Below, piece after piece: positions 1 to 9,467 of a stretch of DNA of 64,000 nt. The position numbers were made by a program, and so were the translations under genes. The notes below the pieces were generated by a model that was not told the origin of the DNA, made no database searches, and saw only the letters and a list, made by a program, of their open reading frames with translations. The stretch spans positions 298,882 through 362,881 of the forward strand of contig CAVQMF010000003.1 of the NCBI GenBank assembly GCA_963713565.1. Direction: 5' to 3'. Each line of letters begins with the position of its first letter. The stretch's first letter is position 1. Source of the stretch: an uncultured Actinomycetota bacterium (lineage in GTDB: Bacteria; Actinomycetota; Actinomycetes; Mycobacteriales; Jatrophihabitantaceae).

Positions 1-290
1 GGGTCCGGTCCCAGCGATCCGCCCGGCGCTGTGCCCGCGTTCGACGAAATCAAGCAGTCGTCCTTGGTCACCGGCAGGAATTCGTCGAGCCCGTGCCGGC
101 GGCAAGATGGTCGGCGGCGTCCTTGCCGACCTTCGCCTCGACAATCCCCACTTCCCGGACGTGCCCGACCAGAGATTCATGCTCCTGCTCGGCGTGCTTG
201 CGGCCCGGCTTGTCCTTGTCGGCGATGACGACGACCCGGGCCGCGCCGTGAAGGGGTGTCGAGTCGGCGAGATGCCATTCCGCCGTGACC
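1..290 (-). pseudogene. TOPRIM-domain primase fragment (phage/ICE type), frameshifted
   Basis: VVVIADKDKPGRKHAEQ...VGKDAADHLAAG; a one-base shift near 90 restores HGLDEFLPV, typical of actinophage/ICE primase TOPRIM domains. Confidence 0.6.
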
Positions 291-457
291 CGCGGTGTGT
301 CCCGACATCCCAGCCGTGCACTCACGCTGCTGCAACAAGCCAAGATCAACACGAGTTAGATAACGACCAGATCAAGAACGCCGGAACCCTGGGTAGCTGC
401 CGCCGGTGTCAGGCCACCCTGTCGCCGTCACGGTGGAGCGCCGTGTGCAGCCGTTAC

Positions 458-919
458 TCACGACCTGCGACGGCGGATAACCGCGTGCTGCCGTTGCCCG
501 GCATCGGCCATCTGGCGCGCCTGGGCCGACCGGCGCTCACGGAGGGCAGGACCGGTGTCCCATCGCCAACCGGCCTGGACCAGCCGGTACTCGGTGGCCT
601 CGTTCACCCATATCGCGGTGAGGAAGAAGGCCAAACCGCCGGCAGCGAAGGCGGTGAGCACACTCAAACCCGGCGGTCCGGGCAAGAGGACCGCGATCGC
701 GGCGGCAGGCGGCGCCGCGATCACGAGGATGCGAGCGAAATATCGCAACACCCACGTGGAACATGTCGCGTCGTACAACACCCAGAACCGATGCCGGTCC
801 GGCAGCGGTCCCCACAGGGCATACCAAAGCCAGCGGAGCGCGTTGGGCCGGATCCGAGGCGTCGGCTCGATGCCGAATGAGCGAACCGCTGCCTCCCAGG
901 CCCGCGTGCCGATGCGCAT
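458..919 (-). CDS. DUF5313-like membrane protein
   Basis: RPNALRWLWYALWGPLP..WVLYDAT..W motif, two TM helices, GAAGGAG RBS upstream. Confidence 0.7.
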   Translation of the reverse strand: MRIGTRAWEAAVRSFGIEPTPRIRPNALRWLWYALWGPLPDRHRFWVLYDATCSTWVLRYFARILVIAAPPAAAIAVLLPGPPGLSVLTAFAAGGLAFFLTAIWVNEATEYRLVQAGWRWDTGPALRERRSAQARQMADAGQRQHAVIRRRRS

Positions 920-1256
920 GTCCCGGTCACTCCTTCGAGGCCCATCGCGCACCAGCCGGCGACTTGCTACTGCCGGAGCGACTCCTCGCTGCCATCATCG
1001 GTCAGCCGGTGCCCAGCGCTCGGCCCCTCCGGCGCCGCCGAGGGCTGCTGGTGCTGGCGCTGGGCGTTGTGGGCGCTGTCCGGTCGTTTTGGTGGCGACC
1101 GGGTTGGGCTTGCCATGTTCCTCAGAGCGGTGAACCGACGGAGGTGGATTGTGCCGGCCGGTCCGACGCGGAGATTGTGTCGTTGGGTCTCAGCGGCCGG
1201 TGCAGGATCGTCGGCTGTTGCGGCGGTGCACGACGTGTCTGGCCATCGGCGCTCGC

Positions 1257-1682
1257 TTAGCCGCTGAGCTGGCTGCGGTCGGCGTCCGCGGTAGTGACCG
1301 TGATCTTGCGGGGTTTGGCCTTTTCGGCGACCGGGATGCGCAGCGTCAGGACACCGGCGGTGTAGCTGGCCTGCACCCGGTCGGTGTCGAGCGTGTCGCC
1401 CAGAATCAGCTGCCGGCTGAATACCCCGCGCGGGCGTTCGGCGGCGATCATCTCGGTGTCCTCGCCGGTGGACGGGCGACGTTCGGCCCGCACGGTGAGC
1501 ACGTTGCGCTCCACGTCCAGGTCCACCGAGTCCGGGTCCACCCCCGGCAGGTCGAACTGCACCACCATCTGCTCGCCGTCGCGCCAGGCATCCATCGGCA
1601 TCGCCGCGGGCCGCGCCGTGGTACCCCAGATCTGTTGGGCGAGCCGGTCGAAGTCACGGAACGGATCGGTGCGTACCAGCAT
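1257..1682 (-). CDS. Hsp20/alpha-crystallin small heat shock protein (Hsp18-like)
   Basis: [48 protein letters not shown]. Confidence 0.95.
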   Translation of the reverse strand: MLVRTDPFRDFDRLAQQIWGTTARPAAMPMDAWRDGEQMVVQFDLPGVDPDSVDLDVERNVLTVRAERRPSTGEDTEMIAAERPRGVFSRQLILGDTLDTDRVQASYTAGVLTLRIPVAEKAKPRKITVTTADADRSQLSG

Positions 1683-1924
1683 GCTGCTCACCTCACTTGG
1701 TTGCCTCGGCCGCAGGGAGGCCTGCGAGGAGACCGTTGTGCCGCCGGCCGGGGTGCGCGTGGTGTGTCGTGTCACCGCGCGTCCCAGCCGGCAGCAGACC
1801 CTTCTGCTGGCGACCGGCGACCGTACCCGGGGGCGCGGGTTAGTCGTCTTGGCGACTATCGAATTGTTCGCGCCGTGGCCCTGCGGCTGCGGCGCGCCAA
1901 CACTGTCTACCGTACGCTGCTGGG

Positions 1925-1938
1925 TGGACGTCCGTCCA
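1925..1938. promoter_or_regulatory. Palindrome, probable TetR operator
   Basis: TGGACG-TC-CGTCCA, a perfect inverted repeat 30 bp upstream of the tetR ATG. Confidence 0.5.
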
Positions 1939-1968
1939 GTAATCTGGTGCACGAGTCGAGGACCCGCC

Positions 1969-2594
1969 ATGCCCGGTACCCGCAACCGACGCGCCGCGCT
2001 GCTCACCGCCGCCGCTGGACAGCCTTCACCCGCCGCGGCTACGACGCGACCAGCGTCGCCGAACTGGCCGCCGCCACCGGCATGAGCAAGGCCGCGGTCA
2101 GCTACCACTTCCGCACCAAGAACGACCTGCTGCACGCGGTAGCCGACCCGCTGCTCGACAGCCTGGACGCGCTTGTTGACCGCCACCCGACCGACACCGC
2201 ACTGGCCCGAGCAGGTGCGGGCCCTGCTCGAGCGACTACCTCGGCACCCTGACCGAACACAGCCAGGTCGCGGCCTGGGTCGACAGCGACAAAGCCGTGC
2301 TCAACCATCCCCAGATCGGCGCCCGGCTGCACCACAACACCGAGCGCATGTGCCAGGCCATCACCGCGCGCCACAGCCGCCAACGGCACCGCGGCCACCG
2401 TACGCGCCACCGCGGCCCTCGGATCCCTATGGCGCCCGATGCGCACGCTGACCCCAGCCCAACTCGCCACCCACCGCGACGCCCTCCTGCACACCGCGAT
2501 GGCCGGCTGCGCACCAACCACCACCCGCCCCGACCCACCACCCACCCCGACCCGGAGCCGTCGCGCCGCCGTGCCAGAAGAGCAGGCTCCCTAG
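1969..2594 (+). pseudogene. TetR-family regulator with several frameshifts
   Basis: [39 protein letters not shown]; the coding sequence is split by about four frameshifts. Confidence 0.8.
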
Positions 2595-2649
2595 AACCTG
2601 ACCTAACGGGTCACGAGGCGTCAGGCGTAGTGGCCTGTCCTGACTCGTA

Positions 2650-3060
2650 ATCGGATCTGCTCTGCCCGATCCGGACCGTCCTGTTCGTCATCGGCGAAGC
2701 CCGGCTCGAAGGCGATACCGGTGGCGAAAAGGGTACGTAGGCGTTGGTAGAGCAACGGTCATCGACGTCGCTCAGGCACCAGTGCTCGTACCCGCGGCCG
2801 TGGTGCAGGCGGATCAGGTCGAGGTCTCGATATTGTCGCGCGAGATCCTCGGGACCGGTATGTCGAGGCGGGCCGTGGTGGTCTTGCCGTCCACCGCGGC
2901 GAGCACGACGCCGTTCGCGGCCAGGATCGTGGTCCACCCGCCGGCGGCCCGATCAGCCCGGGAACCCACACGGAGTGGACGCACAATTCAGCGTCCGCGC
3001 ACCCGCAGGCGTCGCACCGGTGGTCGTCGGGACTGCCGGGACGCAAGGCGAGCATGTGCT
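2650..3060 (-). pseudogene. Fragmented hypothetical gene, probably truncated by the adjacent IS
   Basis: Coding-like high-GC3 segments in shifting frames (CDACGC..., WTTILAANG..., YRDLDLIRLHHGRGYEHW). Confidence 0.3.
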
Positions 3061-3078
3061 GGCATTGAAGGCAGACGA

Positions 3079-3575
3079 CTAGGAACCTTCTGAAGAAAGC
3101 TCGTTTCGGTGGTGTGGATGTGTTGACGCGCCGGGCTTTTCAAGGTGGTCTGGCCGCGAGTCTCAACCGGTGGTTGTGCGACGAGCTTGCCCGGCGCGTC
3201 GAGAGTCAGTGTGGTGAGTTCGCGGCCCGGCAAAGGGGGCACGGCGGTCTGGTTTTCGTGTTTGACCCCGTTTCAGGCCATCACCCACCCGTTGGCGTCG
3301 CAGGTGATGCCGAGGGTGATCAGGCGGCGCAGGTTGAGTCCTGCGGCGCGGTGGTGCAGCCAATGGTCGTTCTTGGCGACGCCGCGGTAGCGGACGCGCC
3401 GGTTTGCCGCGGGTCAGCCAGGCGGTGGAGCGTTCGAACATCAGCCGGTGCTGGCGGTAAGCCGCTTGACAGTCGGGGGTCTCGGCGTGGCGACGGGCAG
3501 CCCGCAGCAGCGCTTCGTGCGGGTGCAGCGCCAGTATCCGGCCGCGGCGAGCGGTGGTGCAGCGCGCGCGGACTT
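3079..3575 (-). mobile_element. IS1182-family remnant: transposase C-terminus plus right end
   Basis: RCTTARRGR..YRQHRLMFERSTAWL / RRVRYRGVAKNDHWLHHRAAGLNLRRL (stop at 3273); terminus TTCTTCAGAAGGTTCCTAG ends in CTAG at 3079-3082. Confidence 0.8.
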
Positions 3576-3676
3576 GCCGCGTTGTGTGCGCGAGCGGAAC
3601 TGCCGAGGAGCGCGCCTGGGCTGGACGTCGAGACCCGGCAGCCGTGCGACGTGGTGCGATCATGCCGAGATGCGGA

Positions 3677-3702
3677 TGGTTCGATCCCAGTATCGCCCAC
3701 CA
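3677..3702 (+). mobile_element. att site: duplicated 3' end of a tRNA-Val gene
   Basis: TGGTTCGATCCCAGTATCGCCCACCA is a T-arm plus acceptor strand plus CCA; the upstream sequence cannot form the 5' half of a tRNA. Confidence 0.8.
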
Positions 3703-3708
3703 CACCCC

Positions 3709-3735
3709 GCGACGCAGGCTTGCCCTGCGGGTCGC
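3709..3735 (+). terminator. Hairpin after the tRNA 3' fragment
   Basis: GCGAC-GCAGG...CCTGC-GG-GTCGC imperfect stem followed by TTGT. Confidence 0.4.
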
Positions 3736-3898
3736 TTGTCCAGACCCATGTGCGCTTGCCCACTTCGCTGTCCAGTGCGGCTCTTGTTCCTCCGGAGTTC
3801 ACAAACCGGGCGTAGCAAGGAAGGGAGTTGCTTTCTCGGCCCGAGCGGAAAGATCCAAGATCGATCCGCTCGGCGGCCACGATGAGGACGGGAGAGAC

Positions 3899-4060
3899 AT
3901 GCATCGGTTACCTGTCAGCGATTGGCTGCGCCTGTGCCGACAACGGTCGGCACACCGACGCCACGCGACGATCTTGCAATCGGCAATCGACAATGCGGCG
4001 ACCGACGACCCTCGACTCGCTGCCGAACTGCGGGTGCTTCAACGGCTCACATCACGGTGA
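3899..4060 (+). CDS. Small hypothetical protein (53 aa)
   Basis: GGGAG RBS then ATG; helical sequence MHRLPVSDWLRLCRQR...LAAELRVLQRL. Confidence 0.4.
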   Translation: MHRLPVSDWLRLCRQRSAHRRHATILQSAIDNAATDDPRLAAELRVLQRLTSR

Positions 4061-4120
4061 CCGCTCGCCGTCACGCCGTTTGCCAACGTTGCGAACCGCC
4101 GGCCGGCACAACGTTCGTCC

Positions 4121-4927
4121 TTGACGCAATTGATCCGGTCCGGCTTGACTCCTCTTGTGTTGTTCGGGGCACCGGCGCAGGCGTACGACCGTTACATGGG
4201 CCGCTACGGTCCGACACTCGGGCTCGCACTGGCGGACGCCGCTGAAGTCACGGCCGGGATGCGGGTCGTCGATGTGGGTTGCGGGCCGGGCGGACTGACC
4301 CGGGAGCTGGTGTCGCGCGTCGGGCCGAGCAACGTTGCAGCGATCGACCCGGAGCTGCACTTCGCCGCAGCTTGTCGCGCCCGCAATCCCGGTGTGGATG
4401 TCCGCGAGGGCGTCGCCGAACATCTGCCGTGGGCGGACGGGCAGTTCGACGCCGCCCTGTGCTGCTTGGTACTCGGGTTCATGCGCGACCCGGCGCTCGG
4501 CATTCGCGAAATGGTCCGCGTGACCCGGACCGGCGGCGTCGTTGCCGGTTGCATGTGGGACACCACCGCGGGCGGCATGTCGATGCTGGAGGTGTTCTGG
4601 CGCGCCGCACGTCGGTTCGATCCCGGGGTCGGGGGCGAGCATGACCTGGCCGGCACCCGCGAGGGTGATATCGCCGACCGATTTCGGCGCGCCGGTGTGC
4701 AGGAGGTGGCCGGCGGGGCGTTGACCGCACGGGCTGACTACGCGGGATTCGACGACTTCTGGGAGCCGTTCACCTTCGGGATCGGACCTGCCGGCCAGTA
4801 CCTGCACTCACTGGACGAGGCCGGGCAGACCAGTGTCCGCGAGCAATGCCGGGCGCTGGTGCCCGAAGGGCCGTTCACCCTCGAGGCGCGCGCCTGGTTC
4901 GCCCGGGGCACCGTCGCCGATCGGTGA
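4121..4927 (+). CDS. Class I SAM-dependent methyltransferase
   Basis: VVDVGCGPGG motif I and LPWADGQFDAA; start codon uncertain. Confidence 0.9.
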   Translation: MTQLIRSGLTPLVLFGAPAQAYDRYMGRYGPTLGLALADAAEVTAGMRVVDVGCGPGGLTRELVSRVGPSNVAAIDPELHFAAACRARNPGVDVREGVAEHLPWADGQFDAALCCLVLGFMRDPALGIREMVRVTRTGGVVAGCMWDTTAGGMSMLEVFWRAARRFDPGVGGEHDLAGTREGDIADRFRRAGVQEVAGGALTARADYAGFDDFWEPFTFGIGPAGQYLHSLDEAGQTSVREQCRALVPEGPFTLEARAWFARGTVADR

Positions 4928-4958
4928 TCGATCTCGCGGCGTCGGGGTTCGCGCCGGG

Positions 4959-7370
4959 CTACAGGTGCTTGTTGCGCTCGAGCCAGCGCAATGCGAAGAA
5001 GCCCCAGATGGGCGGCAAATAGAAGGTGGCGAGTCGGTAGAGCAGCATCGCGGCAAACGCGACGTCGTCGGGCATCCCGGCCCGGACGAGCCCGAACGCC
5101 AGCCCGCTCTCCGCGACGCCGATGCCACCGGGGATGGGCACGATCCCGGTGAGGATGCGCACGCTGATAGTGATGACGAGGATCTCGACGAGTCCGATCT
5201 GATAGCCGAACGAACGCGCGAAGACCTGCAAGGTGATGGCGAAGAGCATCTCGGTGCCGATGTTGGCGCTGAGCAGCAGCGCGAGTCGTCGCGGTGACCG
5301 CAGGTTGCGCAGGGCCTGCCCGGTCGCCTCGATCAGCCCGCGTAGGGCGCCGACGATCGCGCGTCGCCATTTCGGCACGAGGAACACTGCGACGACAGCC
5401 AGCACCGCGACCACCGCGATGATGGCGATCAACACCCACATCTCGCTGGAGACGTTGCCGCCGAACTCCAGGTGCAGGGACGCGGAGGTGAACAGCAGCA
5501 GGATGCCCAGCATGGCGAACTGCACCGCCGACTGGCTGAGCGTGTCGATCGCGCTGACGACGAGCGCGGTGTCAGCGCGCATCCCGTGCCGCTGAAGGAA
5601 CCTGATGTTCACGGCGAATCGAGCCGCGGAGGTTGGGACAGCCAACGTGAGATACGACGTCGCCAGTTGCAGTGCGTAGACCGGGCCGAGCGGCAGTGGA
5701 GAGGGCGCGGCGCCGAGTACGGACACCGCAGAGGTCAGCCGGGGTAGTTGGCCGATGATGAGTCCGGTGACGACCAGCCAAACGGTCGCGTCGCGCATCT
5801 GCTCGGCCAACGCCTCGAGGTCGAGCTCCCCGACAACTGCGGCGACCGCGAAGAATGCGCCGAGCAGCAGCACGATCTGCACGAGGGATCGGACGCTGAC
5901 GCGCTGCAGCCGTTGCAGCTGCGGCGCCGTCGTGCCTGCGAGTTCGGCCGCCTGGGTGCGCAGCTTGTCGAGATCGAGGCGCGCCGTCTTGATCGCGCTG
6001 CGCTGCGCCGCGGTGAGCGCAGTCGGCTGCACGAAGGGCAGCAGCGCGGCCAGCTCCCCGGGCCCGAGCGCGTCCAGCGCAGTGGGCAGCGCGGCGTCGG
6101 GCCCGAGCGCGAGGACGGTGGTGACGAGCAGTTGCGCCTGATCGGTGCGCAACTGCTCGCGGCTCGGGGTGAGGGAGCCACCGCGGAAATCGATGAGGCC
6201 GAGCCGGCCGTCGTCGATGATCAGATTCTCGTCGTCGAGCTGCCCGTGCACGATGCCGATCCGGTGCAGGTGCGCGAGCTGCTCCCAGCACGCCGCCGCC
6301 AGCGCCTCGCTCCACAGCTCCGGCTGCTCGCGCAGGCGCACGCCGACCTCGCGCAGGACGAGGACGACGTCGTCGTTGTCCGTAGCGCCGGCCGCCACGA
6401 CCGGCGAGGTGACGATGCCGTCCTGGGCGGCCAGCAGCGACAGCAACGCCTCGTGTTCCACCTGCGAGCGCCTGCCGAAGAACGACGGCGACCCGGCCTC
6501 GCGATACCAGATCGTGCGCCACACCGTGGTGAGCAGTTGGGTGTCGTTCGCATCGCGCCCGTACACCTTGATCACGAGCGGCCGCCGTGATTCGTCGACC
6601 GCCTTGACCTCGAACAGGCCGGCGGTCTGACGCTGCGCCACACCCAGTCCCTGCGCACGCACGCCGAGACCGGCCAGCGCAGCCGAAACGTCGCTCAGGC
6701 TGGGGCGCCCGCTGCAGGAGCCGAACGCCAGGTGGACGGCTGCGGCACCGGCGGCGCCCACGAATATCGCGGCGAACGCGCCGATCGGCGCAGCGGTCTG
6801 ATGGCACACGGCGCCGAGCAGCGCGCCGAGAATCAACCACCGACCCACCCGCCGGGCGGGCGCACTGAGGTGCGGGGATGCCGTGACGGCGATGGCGACC
6901 GGGATCGCCAGGCTCATCGGCGGGAAGTACCGGGCCGGACCGAGCGCGCGCAGGGAATCCCACACCTGCGGCCACGCGCTCAACACGAGCCGGCCGAGCA
7001 GCATCGACAACGTGAACGCGACCAGTGCGGCGAGCGCGAGATCGCGCAGCACGGTCCAGCGCCGCGCGGCCGCAGTGATGACGAGCAGCAGCAGCGCCCA
7101 GATCGCGAGGACGGTGATCAGGAACCGCCACAGCCCGCCGAACGCGCTCGGCAGGCTCGCCACGAACAGCATGAAGCTTCGCTCGACCCCGGGTTGGGGC
7201 TGAGCCAGGGCTCCGAGCAGGGCCAGCGCGACCGTCGCGCCGCTGAGCACGATGAGGTCGGTGGCGCGGCGCGAGCGCGGCTCGTCAGCGCGGCTTGCGA
7301 AGAATCGGTGACGGGAGCGCGCCTCGCGACCGACCGGCGCGTCCTCGCCCAGCTCAGCGCAGATGGTCAC
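4959..7370 (-). CDS. Membrane protein with a central kinase-like domain and a C-terminal lysylphosphatidylglycerol-synthase TM (flippase-like) domain
   Basis: N-terminal TMs; IKVYGRD and LHRIGIVHGQLDDENL..LIDF kinase-like motifs; PIPGGIGVAE..LLYRLATFYLP. Confidence 0.85.
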   Translation of the reverse strand: MTICAELGEDAPVGREARSRHRFFASRADEPRSRRATDLIVLSGATVALALLGALAQPQPGVERSFMLFVASLPSAFGGLWRFLITVLAIWALLLLVITAAARRWTVLRDLALAALVAFTLSMLLGRLVLSAWPQVWDSLRALGPARYFPPMSLAIPVAIAVTASPHLSAPARRVGRWLILGALLGAVCHQTAAPIGAFAAIFVGAAGAAAVHLAFGSCSGRPSLSDVSAALAGLGVRAQGLGVAQRQTAGLFEVKAVDESRRPLVIKVYGRDANDTQLLTTVWRTIWYREAGSPSFFGRRSQVEHEALLSLLAAQDGIVTSPVVAAGATDNDDVVLVLREVGVRLREQPELWSEALAAACWEQLAHLHRIGIVHGQLDDENLIIDDGRLGLIDFRGGSLTPSREQLRTDQAQLLVTTVLALGPDAALPTALDALGPGELAALLPFVQPTALTAAQRSAIKTARLDLDKLRTQAAELAGTTAPQLQRLQRVSVRSLVQIVLLLGAFFAVAAVVGELDLEALAEQMRDATVWLVVTGLIIGQLPRLTSAVSVLGAAPSPLPLGPVYALQLATSYLTLAVPTSAARFAVNIRFLQRHGMRADTALVVSAIDTLSQSAVQFAMLGILLLFTSASLHLEFGGNVSSEMWVLIAIIAVVAVLAVVAVFLVPKWRRAIVGALRGLIEATGQALRNLRSPRRLALLLSANIGTEMLFAITLQVFARSFGYQIGLVEILVITISVRILTGIVPIPGGIGVAESGLAFGLVRAGMPDDVAFAAMLLYRLATFYLPPIWGFFALRWLERNKHL

Positions 7371-7431
7371 TGCGCAACAATGGCAGAGCGGGAAACTCGC
7401 GCCACGCCGCGTGTCTACGACAAGTCTCTGG

Positions 7432-7851
7432 TCAGGCGAGCAGCTTGGCCTTCTGTGCGTCGTACTCCTGTGGCGTCAGCACGCCGCGATCACGCAGATC
7501 GGTGAGTTTGTGCAACTCGTCTGCCGTGCTCACCGACCCACCTGCCGCGGACTGGACGTAGCTGCGCATCTCGGCATCCGCTCGTTTCGCGGCCGCGAGA
7601 TCGCGCTCGTGCATGCTCCCGCCGCGTGCGATGAGATAGATCAATGCGGCGAGGAACGGCAGGATGATCAAGAAGATCGTCCACCCGGCCTTGCCCCATC
7701 CGCTCAGATCATGGCTACGGAAGATGTCGCTGATGATGCGGATCAGCAGGAAGATCCACAGAACCCAGAGGAACAGCCACATCATCGTCCAGAACACGTT
7801 GAGCAGCGGGTAGTGCCATTCGTTGTCGGCAACAACGGGAAGGGCGGACAT
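7432..7851 (-). CDS. PLDc N-terminal / SHOCT domain membrane protein
   Basis: DIFRSHDLSGWGKAGW..YLIARG; C-terminal ADELHKLTDLRDRGVLTPQEYDAQKAKLL. Confidence 0.9.
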   Translation of the reverse strand: MSALPVVADNEWHYPLLNVFWTMMWLFLWVLWIFLLIRIISDIFRSHDLSGWGKAGWTIFLIILPFLAALIYLIARGGSMHERDLAAAKRADAEMRSYVQSAAGGSVSTADELHKLTDLRDRGVLTPQEYDAQKAKLLA

Positions 7852-7955
7852 CGAGGTCCTTTCGATCGGGTGGGCCACACCATAGAGGCCGGGTCAGGGC
7901 CGCGTGCACAGGCAACGCCTGGTCGTGACGCGTGGCACCTCGTGATCGAGCGAGT

Positions 7956-9347
7956 TCAGAGGGGGGTCGGTTGCGGCAGTGCCGGGTCTGTTCGTGCGCG
8001 CCCGGCGCTCGAGCGGAGCAACTCGACACCGAGCAACAACAACACGGCGATGACGGCGAGCCAGATGACGTCCCCGATGCTCGGGGCATCGATCAGCAAC
8101 AAGATCATGAACATCAGGACGACGATGCCGACCCGCAGCGGCGTCGCGTGGCGTTCCACGAACGGCCCGACCGGCCCGCTGTTCAGCTTCGCACCGAGCG
8201 CCCTTGGCGCGCGCACGGTGTTGCGGCGCAGGGAGCGGGCGCCCTTCGAACCCCCTGACACCCAGGTGCCGAATGCAACGAGCAACGCGACCAGCAGCAC
8301 TAACCGGATACCCCAGCGCAGGAACCGCACGAGCGTGTCGAAGATCGAGCTCGCGGTGGCCCGCGACAGGTTGGCCGACGTGACGCCGTCCAGATAAAGG
8401 TTTCGACCGATCAGCAGCCCGACCCCGATGACGATCATGCCTGCGCCTAGCGAGAGCGCAGACACGATCACCGCGCGCCGGCGATGCCGGGCCGCCGCGA
8501 TGCCACCGGCACACAGAACCAGGCCGATCCACGGCAGCCAGTTCGCGAGGTCGTCGAGGTACCTCGTCGCGGTCTGCGCCTTCTTGAGGCCCTTGACGTC
8601 AGCGATCTTGATCGTAGCGCCGACCGCCGGCACCTTGTTGGCAACGGTCAGCCCGGCGGCCACGAGCCGTTTCTTCACCTCGTCGACCACCGGTGCGAGG
8701 TTGAGCGTCATGACACCGCTGTCGGAGATGGTGATGGACAGGTCCTTTGCCCGTTCGCCGGTCAGGAGGTAGACGAGCTGCGTATGCGCGACCCGATTCA
8801 GGGTGACCCACAGCTTGTGAAATGCCTTGCTCTCGACGAACTTCGTCGTCACGTTCGTGACGAGGCTGTTGACCGCGCCCTGAATCGGACCCTCGAGCGC
8901 CTTGATCGCCCGCGGCGGAAGCGACGTCTGCTGCAGCAGGTCCCCGACATTCACCCGCGTCGACACCTGCGTCGAGACGACGTTGACGAGCGTCTGCTGC
9001 ACGCCCGAGTCACTCGCAAGCGGCTCGAGGGTCTGGACGTAGCGATCGGTGTCGAGAACGAGGTTGCGGCCCCAGATCGTGACCGGGCTCAGGACGAGGC
9101 ACAGGACCCCGAGCACGATGAGCAACGTCGATCCGAAAGCCCGACCGAAGTGCGCGGCCTTTCGTCCGAATGACGCATTCTGCTTGGCTTCGAGTGCGGC
9201 GTTGCGGGCCCGTAGCTGTGCCAGTTCGCCCTCGGCACCCAGTGCGTCACCGGACTCTGCTCCTGCGTCCATGCCGTTTCCGCTTTCGCCATGCGTCGCA
9301 TCGAGAACACCGGGAGCGGCGCGAGCTGGTGTGCGACGGGTAGTCAC
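7956..9347 (-). CDS. Conserved integral membrane protein
   Basis: 463 aa; DTDRYVQTLEPLASD extracytoplasmic domain and multiple TMs. Confidence 0.75.
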   Translation of the reverse strand: MTTRRTPARAAPGVLDATHGESGNGMDAGAESGDALGAEGELAQLRARNAALEAKQNASFGRKAAHFGRAFGSTLLIVLGVLCLVLSPVTIWGRNLVLDTDRYVQTLEPLASDSGVQQTLVNVVSTQVSTRVNVGDLLQQTSLPPRAIKALEGPIQGAVNSLVTNVTTKFVESKAFHKLWVTLNRVAHTQLVYLLTGERAKDLSITISDSGVMTLNLAPVVDEVKKRLVAAGLTVANKVPAVGATIKIADVKGLKKAQTATRYLDDLANWLPWIGLVLCAGGIAAARHRRRAVIVSALSLGAGMIVIGVGLLIGRNLYLDGVTSANLSRATASSIFDTLVRFLRWGIRLVLLVALLVAFGTWVSGGSKGARSLRRNTVRAPRALGAKLNSGPVGPFVERHATPLRVGIVVLMFMILLLIDAPSIGDVIWLAVIAVLLLLGVELLRSSAGRARTDPALPQPTPL

Positions 9348-9390
9348 CGGTCGTCGCGGGTAGTCAACCGCATGTGCGACGGGAAATCCT

Positions 9391-9407
9391 TCATCCGGCC
9401 CGGATGA
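9391..9407. promoter_or_regulatory. Perfect 17-bp palindrome, putative operator
   Basis: TCATCCGG-C-CCGGATGA just upstream of the membrane operon. Confidence 0.45.
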
Positions 9408-9467
9408 CTAACGACGTGTCGCGTCGCACCTGCCCGGACTCCGGGCAGGGCCGGTTCGATCTCCGCG

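Noticed and set aside
3630-3702. Complete tRNA gene
   Set aside because: Only the 3' 26 nt match; there is no D-arm, anticodon arm or 5' acceptor strand.
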